Shown in pieces: positions 45,414 to 53,380 of a stretch of DNA of 64,000 bases (position 1 is its first letter; the number at the start of each line of letters is the position of its first letter). The translations under genes and the position numbers were made by a program. Source of the DNA: an uncultured bacterium (lineage in GTDB: Bacteria > Desulfobacterota > Syntrophorhabdia > Syntrophorhabdales > JANXAF01); assembly GCA_938084905.1 (NCBI GenBank), contig CALKEQ010000001.1:26835-90834 (forward strand), written 5' to 3'. Below the pieces are notes generated by a model, which searched no databases, was not told the DNA's origin, and saw only the letters and a program-made list of their open reading frames with translations.

Positions 45414-46244
45414 CTATTTTAGAGGAGGTATACGGACCAGAAATTTCGTCCCTCTACCTTCTTCGCTTTGAATCTTTATCTCTCCTTTAACACTGTCTAG
45501 TAAAGCCTTGACACAACTCAAACCGAATCCTAATCCTTCGATACATCCCTCATTTTTTAATCCTATACGGGCAAACCTCTTAAATACGCTCTCAGTTTTC
45601 TTCTTCGGTATTCCCGGGCCGTCGTCTTCAACACAAAGTAAAAGATCACTATCACCAGAAACTGAGATCTGAACCTTACTTCTTCTGTATTTCAGTGCAT
45701 TGCTGAAAAGATTCCTCATGACATGAACGACCTTTCTTCTGTCATGAGGAAAATTCTCAGTTGCGTACTTGCCCTGAATGGATACAAAAATGGAGGCCTC
45801 TTCCAGGTTTCTTTTGAACTCTTCTTCCCCTTCACATTTCATGAGTCTCTCCGCCAAATCTGGAGCGTATATATCCAGGACTTCCTTTAAGGTCTCCTTG
45901 AGTACCTCATTTACCGAAAAGTAGGAAATCTCAAACCTACCTTCTTCAGATTTTAGAGCTTCGACCATCTCGGAAAGAAGGGATTGGGCTTTTTTTGCGT
46001 TTCTTAAGGCTCTCTCAAGCACCCTCTTTTGCTCCTCTGTGAGTTTTCCATACCTATGTTCTTTCCGGAGAAGGTTATCTATGTCAGTGGTGAGAATGGA
46101 AAGTGGACCTCCAAGGTCATGGACAAGAAGGTCATGAAGGATAGACTTTCTTGGCACCGTGATTAATATGTTCCAAAATTCGCGAGATTTTGTCAACATA
46201 CACGTATTCAAAAGAACTGAAAAACGAAAAAGGCAAAGGCTCAA
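45414..46244 (-). CDS. cytoplasmic histidine kinase
   Basis: H-box VHDLGGPLS, N box NLFSNALKY, G boxes DDGPGI and GLGFGL. No TM segments. Confidence 0.8.
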   Translation of the reverse strand: MSLCLFRFSVLLNTCMLTKSREFWNILITVPRKSILHDLLVHDLGGPLSILTTDIDNLLRKEHRYGKLTEEQKRVLERALRNAKKAQSLLSEMVEALKSEEGRFEISYFSVNEVLKETLKEVLDIYAPDLAERLMKCEGEEEFKRNLEEASIFVSIQGKYATENFPHDRRKVVHVMRNLFSNALKYRRSKVQISVSGDSDLLLCVEDDGPGIPKKKTESVFKRFARIGLKNEGCIEGLGFGLSCVKALLDSVKGEIKIQSEEGRGTKFLVRIPPLK

Positions 46245-46316
46245 AGTGCAAAATAACCAAGAATCTTCTTGATCTCAACTTAGGAACCTGTTAGGCTTAG
46301 TCGGTCCCTTTTTCTA

Positions 46317-46973
46317 ATGATAAAAAAAGACGGACAGGACGGAAAAGCACTCTTAAGAAGGGCAAGCATTTTAGCTCTGATTACAATATTCTACAACCTT
46401 GCGGAAGGTGTCGTTTCAACCTACTTCGGTATAAGTGATGAGACTATTGCGCTCACGGGATTCGGGCTAGATTCCTTCGTTGAACTCCTCTCAGGATTAG
46501 GAATATTCCACATGATTGAGAGGATAAAGAAAGGCAAAAAAGAGGAGTATGGACGATTTGAAAGGACTGCTCTTACGATCACAGGAATTGCCTTTTACAT
46601 CCTGGCTATAGGCCTCGTCTTCTCCTCTATTCTAAACATCTACTTTGGAAGGACTCCCACTTCGACTTTCTGGGGCATTGTTATATCTTTGGTGTCCATA
46701 TCTGTAATGTGGATTCTCGTTAGGATGAAGCTGGAAATTGGCAGAAAACTGAATTCGGACGCCATAGTTGCGGATGCAAAATGCACAAAGGCCTGCATGT
46801 ACCTATCCTTAATACTCCTTTTTTCAAGTGCGGGCTATGAACTTACAGGGATCGGATACTTGGATTCACTTGGTGCTTTGGGGATTGCTTTCTGGTCATT
46901 CAAGGAGGGAAAAGAGGCACATGAAAAGGCAAAAAAACATGAAATTGAGCCAAATGAACGGGCTTTTGGCTAA
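46317..46973 (+). CDS. cation-efflux (CDF-like) membrane protein lacking the cytoplasmic domain
   Basis: 218 aa with six hydrophobic helices. Acidic/His positions (AEGVVS, LDSFVE, ADAKCT) resemble the CDF transmembrane domain. Confidence 0.55.
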   Translation: MIKKDGQDGKALLRRASILALITIFYNLAEGVVSTYFGISDETIALTGFGLDSFVELLSGLGIFHMIERIKKGKKEEYGRFERTALTITGIAFYILAIGLVFSSILNIYFGRTPTSTFWGIVISLVSISVMWILVRMKLEIGRKLNSDAIVADAKCTKACMYLSLILLFSSAGYELTGIGYLDSLGALGIAFWSFKEGKEAHEKAKKHEIEPNERAFG

Positions 46974-46974
46974 A

Positions 46975-47225
46975 TTAGGTACAAAGATTTTCGTAGTATG
47001 ATAAACCAGATCCGTTTGCACTTACTTTTTTTGGTATGCTATAAATTACTGCTTTCCAATGTACTTTTGTGGGTTGGGAGTTTTCAGAAGGCTTAAACTT
47101 ACCTTGGTTGCAAGACCACTTATCCAGGAACTTCCAAAAAAGTTCAACGAAACGACTTTTTTTGCCATAAAGGTAGGTGATTTGCCGAATATTGGAAATC
47201 ATTTTCTGACACTTTGCGTAGCTGG
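46975..47225 (-). pseudogene. IS4-family (DDE) transposase C-terminal remnant
   Basis: ITYLYGKKSRFVELFWKFLDKW...SENSQPTKVHWKAVIY resembles the conserved LYxKRWxIELFFKWIKQ...TSENAVKTQIW block. The upstream reading frame is broken. Confidence 0.45.
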
Positions 47226-47378
47226 GTTTGCAAACTCCTTAGATAGAAGAACTGCGGAATTTGGAGAAAACTTGAAGCTAGTTGCCCGTTCTTGCTTTGA
47301 GAGGATCCGTATCCGAGGTTGAAATCGTAAAGGGAGGGAATTATAAAATAAAAGACAAAAAATAAGGGGAGGAAAAAG

Positions 47379-48599
47379 GTGGAAAGGGAGAAAAAGAGGC
47401 TTCTATTTGTGATCTTTGTCATCTCCTTTATCTTGTTTACCATCTCTTCAGGTTTTCCAGCAGAGCAAAAGAAAAAGATCGAAGATTACGAAAAGATACC
47501 AGAGCGGTCACTTTCCATGGCAGCCGAATTTCCAGGAGTGGAGGTTCCGCCTGGAGAATCCGTGAATATGAACATCACCTTTTTTAACAGAGGTAGAAGG
47601 ACTGAGGCCTTAAAAGTAATGATCATTTCTAAACCTGAAAACTGGCGTGCAAGACTGAAAAGCGAAACGTACACAATTACAGGTGTATCCGTACCTTCTT
47701 TAGAGGATAAGACAATAGTCTTCGAAGCGGAACCGGATAAAACAGTAAAACCAGGTGAGTACGTCTTTGTTTTACAGGCGAAAACCATTGATGAACAGAT
47801 AACTTTGACACAGAACATAAATGTAAGGGTAAAGCCCCGTGAACCGGGAAGGGAAAGGGGAATAAGACTTACAACATCTTACCCTGTCCTTAAGGGTCCT
47901 TCAGATGCAAAATTTGAGTTTTCTGTTGAAGCTGAGAACAAGCTTGACAGAGATGCGGTCTTTAACCTATCCGCATACGCACCAGAGGGATGGGAAGTTA
48001 ATTTTAAACCCGCTTACGAATATAAAACCATATCGAGTCTAAAATTGAAGGCAAATCAGAGCCAAAGTATAACAGTCGAAATCACACCCTACAAAGATTC
48101 AAAGCCTGGAAGTTATCCAGTTATAGTTAGGGCATCATACGGAGACGTAAAAGCCGAGATCCCACTAACGGTTGTAATTACAGGAACCTATGCCATAGAA
48201 GCAGGTACACTTACAGGACTTTTAAGCCTTGACGCAAGGCAGGGTAAAAAGACGACCACAACCATCTTTCTTAAGAACACGGGAAGCGCCACTTTGAACA
48301 ACGTAAAACTCACGTCCTTTAAACCTGAAAACTGGAAGGTCGAATTTAACCCCGAATCTATACCTGTACTTGAGCCAAATCAGGTAAAACAGGTTGAAAT
48401 TTCGATTACACCTTACGAAGATGCACTTGTTGGAGATTATTCAGTTTCGGTTTATGTAGATGCGGGAAGGGCTTCGAAGAATCTGGAGTTCAGAGTAACA
48501 GTTCGGGCGGCAACAACATGGGGCTGGATAGGTGTGGGGATAATAGCCTTCGTGATTGTTGGACTCATGGTCTTATTTAGAGTTGTCGGGAGGAGGTAG
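47379..48599 (+). CDS. cell-surface protein with repeated Ig-like (NEW3/CARDB-type) domains and a C-terminal TM anchor
   Basis: 406 aa. Signal peptide, repeated beta-rich modules (PGEYVF..., PGSYPV..., VGDYSV...) and a terminal TM helix. GTG start with a GGGGAGG RBS. Confidence 0.6.
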   Translation: MEREKKRLLFVIFVISFILFTISSGFPAEQKKKIEDYEKIPERSLSMAAEFPGVEVPPGESVNMNITFFNRGRRTEALKVMIISKPENWRARLKSETYTITGVSVPSLEDKTIVFEAEPDKTVKPGEYVFVLQAKTIDEQITLTQNINVRVKPREPGRERGIRLTTSYPVLKGPSDAKFEFSVEAENKLDRDAVFNLSAYAPEGWEVNFKPAYEYKTISSLKLKANQSQSITVEITPYKDSKPGSYPVIVRASYGDVKAEIPLTVVITGTYAIEAGTLTGLLSLDARQGKKTTTTIFLKNTGSATLNNVKLTSFKPENWKVEFNPESIPVLEPNQVKQVEISITPYEDALVGDYSVSVYVDAGRASKNLEFRVTVRAATTWGWIGVGIIAFVIVGLMVLFRVVGRR

Positions 48600-49349
48600 A
48601 TGGGTAATCCAGTTATTGAGACCGAGGAACTTACAAAGGTTTACGGAAATCAAAAAGCCGTTGACAGTGTTACTTTTAGTGTATATGAGGGTGAGATATT
48701 TGGTCTTCTGGGTCCAAATGGTGCTGGTAAAACAACTGTTATACTTATGCTTTTAGGGCTAACCGAACCTACAAGCGGTAAGGCAAAAGTTCTAGGTGTT
48801 GACCCAACAAGGGATGCTATAAAGGTAAAAAGAATGATAGGTTATATGCCGGAAAATGTTGGATTTTACAACGACATGAATGCCATACAAAGCCTAAGAT
48901 TCATAGGAGAATTGAATTCCATCCCAGAAAAGGTACTTGAAGAGAGAATAGAAAAAGCACTTCAAATAGTCGGACTTGAGCAAGATGCAAAGAAAAAAGT
49001 TGGGGCCTATTCTAGGGGTATGAGACAGAGGCTCGCATTAGCAGAACTTTTAATAAAAGAACCAAAAGTTGCCCTCCTTGATGAGCCAACTTTGGGCCTT
49101 GACCCGGATGCCACATCCAAAATGATCGAACTGATTGAAGCCTTAAAAAAGGATAAGAACATGACCATCGTGCTTTGCTCCCATTATCTTGAAATGGTGC
49201 AAAAACTCTGCGACAGGGTGGGCATAATGATAAAGGGGAAGATGGTGGCGCAGGGAACTATAGAGACTTTAGCGAAGGAAAAGTTTGGAATGGGTCAGGA
49301 GGAATACACTCTGGAAGAGATTTACATGAAGTACTTTTTGGAGGCTTAA
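48600..49349 (+). CDS. ABC transporter ATP-binding protein
   Basis: Walker A GPNGAGKT, signature YSRGMRQRL, Walker B ALLDEPT. Confidence 0.92.
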   Translation: MGNPVIETEELTKVYGNQKAVDSVTFSVYEGEIFGLLGPNGAGKTTVILMLLGLTEPTSGKAKVLGVDPTRDAIKVKRMIGYMPENVGFYNDMNAIQSLRFIGELNSIPEKVLEERIEKALQIVGLEQDAKKKVGAYSRGMRQRLALAELLIKEPKVALLDEPTLGLDPDATSKMIELIEALKKDKNMTIVLCSHYLEMVQKLCDRVGIMIKGKMVAQGTIETLAKEKFGMGQEEYTLEEIYMKYFLEA

Positions 49350-49356
49350 AAAAGGA

Positions 49357-50313
49357 ATGGGCGGACTTAAAGTTGTCTTCAAAAAGGAGCTATCTGATCA
49401 TTTCACCAGTTATCGATTCCTCATAATCTTTTCCCTTATCTGGATGGTTAGTCTTCTCATAACTTACATGGTGGGAACCAGCATAAGGGAGGAACTTACA
49501 GGGATAGCCAAGCCCAGATACGTCTTTCTTTTGCTCTTTATGTCTTCTGGCGGTTTCTTCTCATTCATCCAGTTTGTTGCATTTTTTGGTCCTTTAATAG
49601 GGATCATCTTAGGATTCGATTTGATAAACAGGGAAAAGAACGAGGGAACACTTGGCAAGATTCTGGCTCAGCCGATTTACAGGGATGCGGTCATAAACGG
49701 TAAGTTTCTTGCAGGCGTTGTTACGATAAGCATCATGCTCACCTCTATTGTGCTCGTTATTACAGGGCTTGGGCTGAAAGTGGTAGGTGTGGTTCCCGGA
49801 ACAGATGAACTACTGAGAATAGCAATCTACCTCATTGTAAGTATTCTTTACGTTTCCTTCTGGCTTGGGATGGCCATTCTCTTCTCGATAATTTTCAGGA
49901 GTGTGACAACCTCGGCTTTGGCTTCCCTTGCCGCCTGGATATTTTTCACCTTCTTTGTCCCTCTTGGAGCTGGGATTGTGGCCAAATCCTTTGTACCCCA
50001 TGGAGAATCGGAAAAGACGGAAGCTATACTGAGGCAGCTCTCAATTCAAAGATCTGTTTCCCTTATGTCTCCAGTTTCACTTTATTCGGAGGCATCCTCC
50101 ACCATAATAGATCCCACAAAGAAGACAACGAGGGCTTACGTGCTTATGGGACCATTTGAAAAACTGTCAATTGAAAGATTCTCAGGCCCCCTCCCAATCT
50201 CCCAGAGCCTCCTCATTGTATTTCCATACATCATCTCCATAATAGCCATAACCACTATCCTTTTTGCGGTCTCTTATACGGTCTTTCTCAGGCAAGAAAT
50301 AAGGTCCCTGTAG
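49357..50313 (+). CDS. ABC-2-type transporter permease
   Basis: 318 aa with six or more TM segments, following the ATPase gene. Confidence 0.8.
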   Translation: MGGLKVVFKKELSDHFTSYRFLIIFSLIWMVSLLITYMVGTSIREELTGIAKPRYVFLLLFMSSGGFFSFIQFVAFFGPLIGIILGFDLINREKNEGTLGKILAQPIYRDAVINGKFLAGVVTISIMLTSIVLVITGLGLKVVGVVPGTDELLRIAIYLIVSILYVSFWLGMAILFSIIFRSVTTSALASLAAWIFFTFFVPLGAGIVAKSFVPHGESEKTEAILRQLSIQRSVSLMSPVSLYSEASSTIIDPTKKTTRAYVLMGPFEKLSIERFSGPLPISQSLLIVFPYIISIIAITTILFAVSYTVFLRQEIRSL

Positions 50314-51123
50314 GTGCGACTGAGAACCCTCCCTCTTTTTTTATCTTTTTTTCTATACTTTCTTCCCAGTTTCTCTTTACCTTCTGAGTACTCCCGATTC
50401 GGAATCATCGGTGATACTTCTATAGGAGAGAATGAGAAGGTCTTCGTCAGTTTTGTTCGTTACTTAGAGAAAGAAGGGATAAGGTACTTTTTCCACACAG
50501 GTGATGTGATTCATACTCCAGGATCAGAATCCCAATGGGACAGATTTTTGGAGATTAAAGGGCCCTTCCTCCAATTCCACATATCTCCCGGAAATCACGA
50601 TATAAACTCTATTCCGTCTCTCAACATGTACAGAAAAAAAACAAAAAAACCGCCTTTTTACTCATTTGAGACTCATGATACCCTCTTTATACTTCTTTGC
50701 ACGGAGCTTCCAGGTGAGACGGGGAAAGTAGCGGGGAACCAGCTGAACTGGCTTGTTCAGGAACTGAAAAAGGAGAAGAAATTCAAGTTCATTTTTCTCC
50801 ACAGGCCCCTATTCTCAACTGTCTTTGGCAAATCGTTACCCCCAGGCAGATATCAAAATGAAAGGGATAACCTTCATGGGCTTTTTCTGAGAAATGGCGT
50901 ATCCTGTGTTTTTTCTGGCCACGAACACGTATACGGCAGGATCAGTAAGGATGGGATCATCTATGTGACAACTGGGGGCGGTGGAGCAAAGCTTTTGCTG
51001 AACATTGAGGAATACGGAGGATTTCACCATTATATTGTTGCAAAAAAAAAGGAGTATGGATATATTTTTTCGGTTCTCGATATAAAAGGGCGTAAAAGGG
51101 ACGAATTTACGATCAATAGATGA
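50314..51123 (+). CDS. secreted metallophosphoesterase (calcineurin-like)
   Basis: GD (IGDTS), HTGD, GNHD and GHEH motifs. Signal peptide. GTG start. Confidence 0.8.
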   Translation: MRLRTLPLFLSFFLYFLPSFSLPSEYSRFGIIGDTSIGENEKVFVSFVRYLEKEGIRYFFHTGDVIHTPGSESQWDRFLEIKGPFLQFHISPGNHDINSIPSLNMYRKKTKKPPFYSFETHDTLFILLCTELPGETGKVAGNQLNWLVQELKKEKKFKFIFLHRPLFSTVFGKSLPPGRYQNERDNLHGLFLRNGVSCVFSGHEHVYGRISKDGIIYVTTGGGGAKLLLNIEEYGGFHHYIVAKKKEYGYIFSVLDIKGRKRDEFTINR

Positions 51124-51131
51124 GGTGAAAG

Positions 51132-51224
51132 ATGGGCAGCGTATTAAAGTGGAGAAGAAAGAAAATGAGAAAGCACAAGTATAGAAAACTAAGGAAGAGG
51201 ATGAGACATCAGAGGAAGAAGTAA
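51132..51224 (+). CDS. bS22-like (AURKAIP1/COX24-domain) small basic ribosomal protein
   Basis: 30 codons: MGSVLKWRRKKMRKHKYRKLRKRMRHQRKK. GAGGTGA RBS 4 nt upstream. Below the ORF-track length cut-off. Confidence 0.65.
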   Translation: MGSVLKWRRKKMRKHKYRKLRKRMRHQRKK

Positions 51225-52016
51225 GGACCTTACAGTTTCCATGTTTACCTTATCCATCTTTCCCATCTGAGGTGTCTCCATGATTGCACATAGGCTTTTT
51301 AGACGCGAATCATTTAGTATATGACGGAAAGTCTCTAATCCCATCTTTCCCCTTCCTATATGCCAGTGCCTGTCCACTTTACTGCCAAGATCTGTCTTAG
51401 AGTCATTTAAATGGATAAGTCCAATCTTTTCCCTCCCAAGGGTTCTCTCAACACTAGATAAAAATAGTTCCCATAAAGAACTGTCCCTTATATCGATTCC
51501 AGACTGGAAGAGGTGAGCGGTATCTATGCAGAGTTTGACCCTTTCCTTATCCTTTACTTTTTCGATGATCATAGAGATCTCCTCCAGAGTGCTGCCAATG
51601 GAATTTCCCTGCCCGGAGGAGTTTTCTATAAGAACATTTATAAAAAAATTCGCATGCGCAAGATTTATCACCTCTGAGACACGTCTTAACCCATCTCCTT
51701 TCCTTTCAGACGAACCACAGTGAACCACAATCGATTCTATTCCCAGTTGGAGCGAGAGCTCAATCTCTTCAAAAAATCCGGAAATATCCCGTTCATTACC
51801 TTTTGCAAGGTTTGGAAGGTAAGAAAGGTGGGAGAATTTGGGCACCGATGAAAATCTCTCTCTAAAGAGATTTATCTCCTCCTCCTTGAAACTCTTCTTT
51901 TTCCAAGATCTTGGATTCTTCACGAATATCTGTACACATTCGCATCCCAACTCAAGGACTTCCCTGTGCATCCTTTCTAATCCGCCAGATGTGCTCATGT
52001 GAAACCCTATTTTCAC
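51189..52016 (-). CDS. nfo: deoxyribonuclease IV (endonuclease IV)
   Basis: 275 aa TIM-barrel protein. Metal-ligand motifs HxSY, VVHCGS, ENSSGQG, CIDTAH, HLNDSK. Confidence 0.9.
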   Translation of the reverse strand: MKIGFHMSTSGGLERMHREVLELGCECVQIFVKNPRSWKKKSFKEEEINLFRERFSSVPKFSHLSYLPNLAKGNERDISGFFEEIELSLQLGIESIVVHCGSSERKGDGLRRVSEVINLAHANFFINVLIENSSGQGNSIGSTLEEISMIIEKVKDKERVKLCIDTAHLFQSGIDIRDSSLWELFLSSVERTLGREKIGLIHLNDSKTDLGSKVDRHWHIGRGKMGLETFRHILNDSRLKSLCAIMETPQMGKMDKVNMETVRSLLLPLMSHPLP

Positions 52017-52132
52017 ATCATATCTATACCAGATCTCTCTTTCTTCTCAAACATTCGAGTTCTCCGATTACAGAATCGGATTCTCAATAAGTTCTTGAAA
52101 TGGTCAGTTGAAATGTAATAAAAAGAGTATTC

Positions 52133-53380
52133 ATGCAGAAAAAAAAGCTAGCCATAATTGTCGGTGGAGGTCCAGCTCCTGGAATAAACGGCGTAATAAG
52201 CTCAGCCACAATTGAAGCACTAAACCATGGTCTTAAGGTTTTTGGAATTGTGGGAGGTTTCAAGACCCTCTTCGACGGAAATCTGAGCAACTTTAAACCC
52301 TTAACCATAGATGACGTCTCAAGGATCCACACAACGGGCGGATCCATATTGAAAACCTCCAGAGATAGACCTGAGAACGCTCACGAAAAGTTTAAAACAC
52401 TCCTCTCCACCTTATATAAGAGCGGAATCGACTATCTCATAACCATTGGTGGAGAAGGCACTCTTTTTATGGCTTCATGGATAGAAAGAGAGACAAGGGG
52501 TAAAATCTCGGTTGTTCACGTTCCCAAAACCATAGATAACGACATTCCCCTTCCCGGTGGTTTTTCCACATTCGGTTACCAGACTGCACGCCACGTGGGG
52601 GTCAACCTTGTAAAAAACATAATGGAAGATGCCAGGACAATGGAGAGATGGTACTTCATCACAACTATGGGAAGACACACAGGCCATCTTGCACTTGGAA
52701 TTGGAAAGGCAGCAGGGGCAACAATCACCCTTATACCTGAGGAATTCCCGGAAAAGAGACTCTCAGTGAGAAAGGTTGCTGATATACTCGCAGGTGCCAT
52801 AATAAAAAGGTGGTCCATGGGGAGACAGTACGGTGTTGCCATCCTCGCAGAAGGGATTGCGGAAAAGTTCGATATGACCGAACTATCAAGGATGGAGTTC
52901 ATTGAAAGGGACGAAGTATCAGGAAAAGTAAGAATATCGGATATCCAGTTAGGACGTATCTTAAAACCCTTTGTTATGGAGACATTGCGTGAGTGTGGGA
53001 TACAGACGAACATAGTTTCTATGAACATAGGATACGAACTGAGGGCTGCTGATCCCATCCCCTTCGATATAGAGTACACAAGAAATCTAGGTTACGGGGC
53101 TGTCAATCACCTGATAAAAGGTGGCACAGCGGCAATGATAACGGTTTATGAAGGAAGAATAATGGCTGTTCCATTTGTGGAGATGTTAGATTCAGGAGGA
53201 AATGTTAAGGTTAGGAAGGTTGAAATTGACTCTGAACTTTACAAAGTTGCAAGAGAGTATATGATAAGGCTTGAGGAGAGTGACTTAAGTGGTGAAACCT
53301 TAAAAAAACTTGCAGAGACAGCCAATATGAGTCCTGAAAGGTTCAGGGAACGTTTTGGGTACCTCTTTGGCCTCTCCTGA
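52133..53380 (+). CDS. pfk: 6-phosphofructokinase, long (about 415 aa) clade; phosphoryl donor uncertain (PPi or ATP)
   Basis: GGGPAPGINGVI, IGGEGT, PKTIDNDI and TMGRHTGHLAL motifs. Confidence 0.85.
   Translation: MQKKKLAIIVGGGPAPGINGVISSATIEALNHGLKVFGIVGGFKTLFDGNLSNFKPLTIDDVSRIHTTGGSILKTSRDRPENAHEKFKTLLSTLYKSGIDYLITIGGEGTLFMASWIERETRGKISVVHVPKTIDNDIPLPGGFSTFGYQTARHVGVNLVKNIMEDARTMERWYFITTMGRHTGHLALGIGKAAGATITLIPEEFPEKRLSVRKVADILAGAIIKRWSMGRQYGVAILAEGIAEKFDMTELSRMEFIERDEVSGKVRISDIQLGRILKPFVMETLRECGIQTNIVSMNIGYELRAADPIPFDIEYTRNLGYGAVNHLIKGGTAAMITVYEGRIMAVPFVEMLDSGGNVKVRKVEIDSELYKVAREYMIRLEESDLSGETLKKLAETANMSPERFRERFGYLFGLS

Noticed and set aside
47144-47443. 99-aa minus-strand ORF spanning the promoter and start of the surface-protein gene.
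   Set aside because: Only its 3' portion lies in the transposase-relic region. The remainder is antisense to the RBS and signal-peptide region of a supported gene, so it is not treated as a gene.
52062-52079. Inverted repeat TCCGATT-ACAG-AATCGGA between nfo and pfk.
   Set aside because: The 7-bp stem has no U-tract and no obvious relation to either gene, so it could be fortuitous.
52576-53079. 167-aa minus-strand ORF inside pfk, and similar antisense ORFs such as 14267-14707, 15607-15996, 17348-17722 and 57219-57659.
   Set aside because: These are shadow ORFs opposite well-supported genes, with no motifs or RBS.
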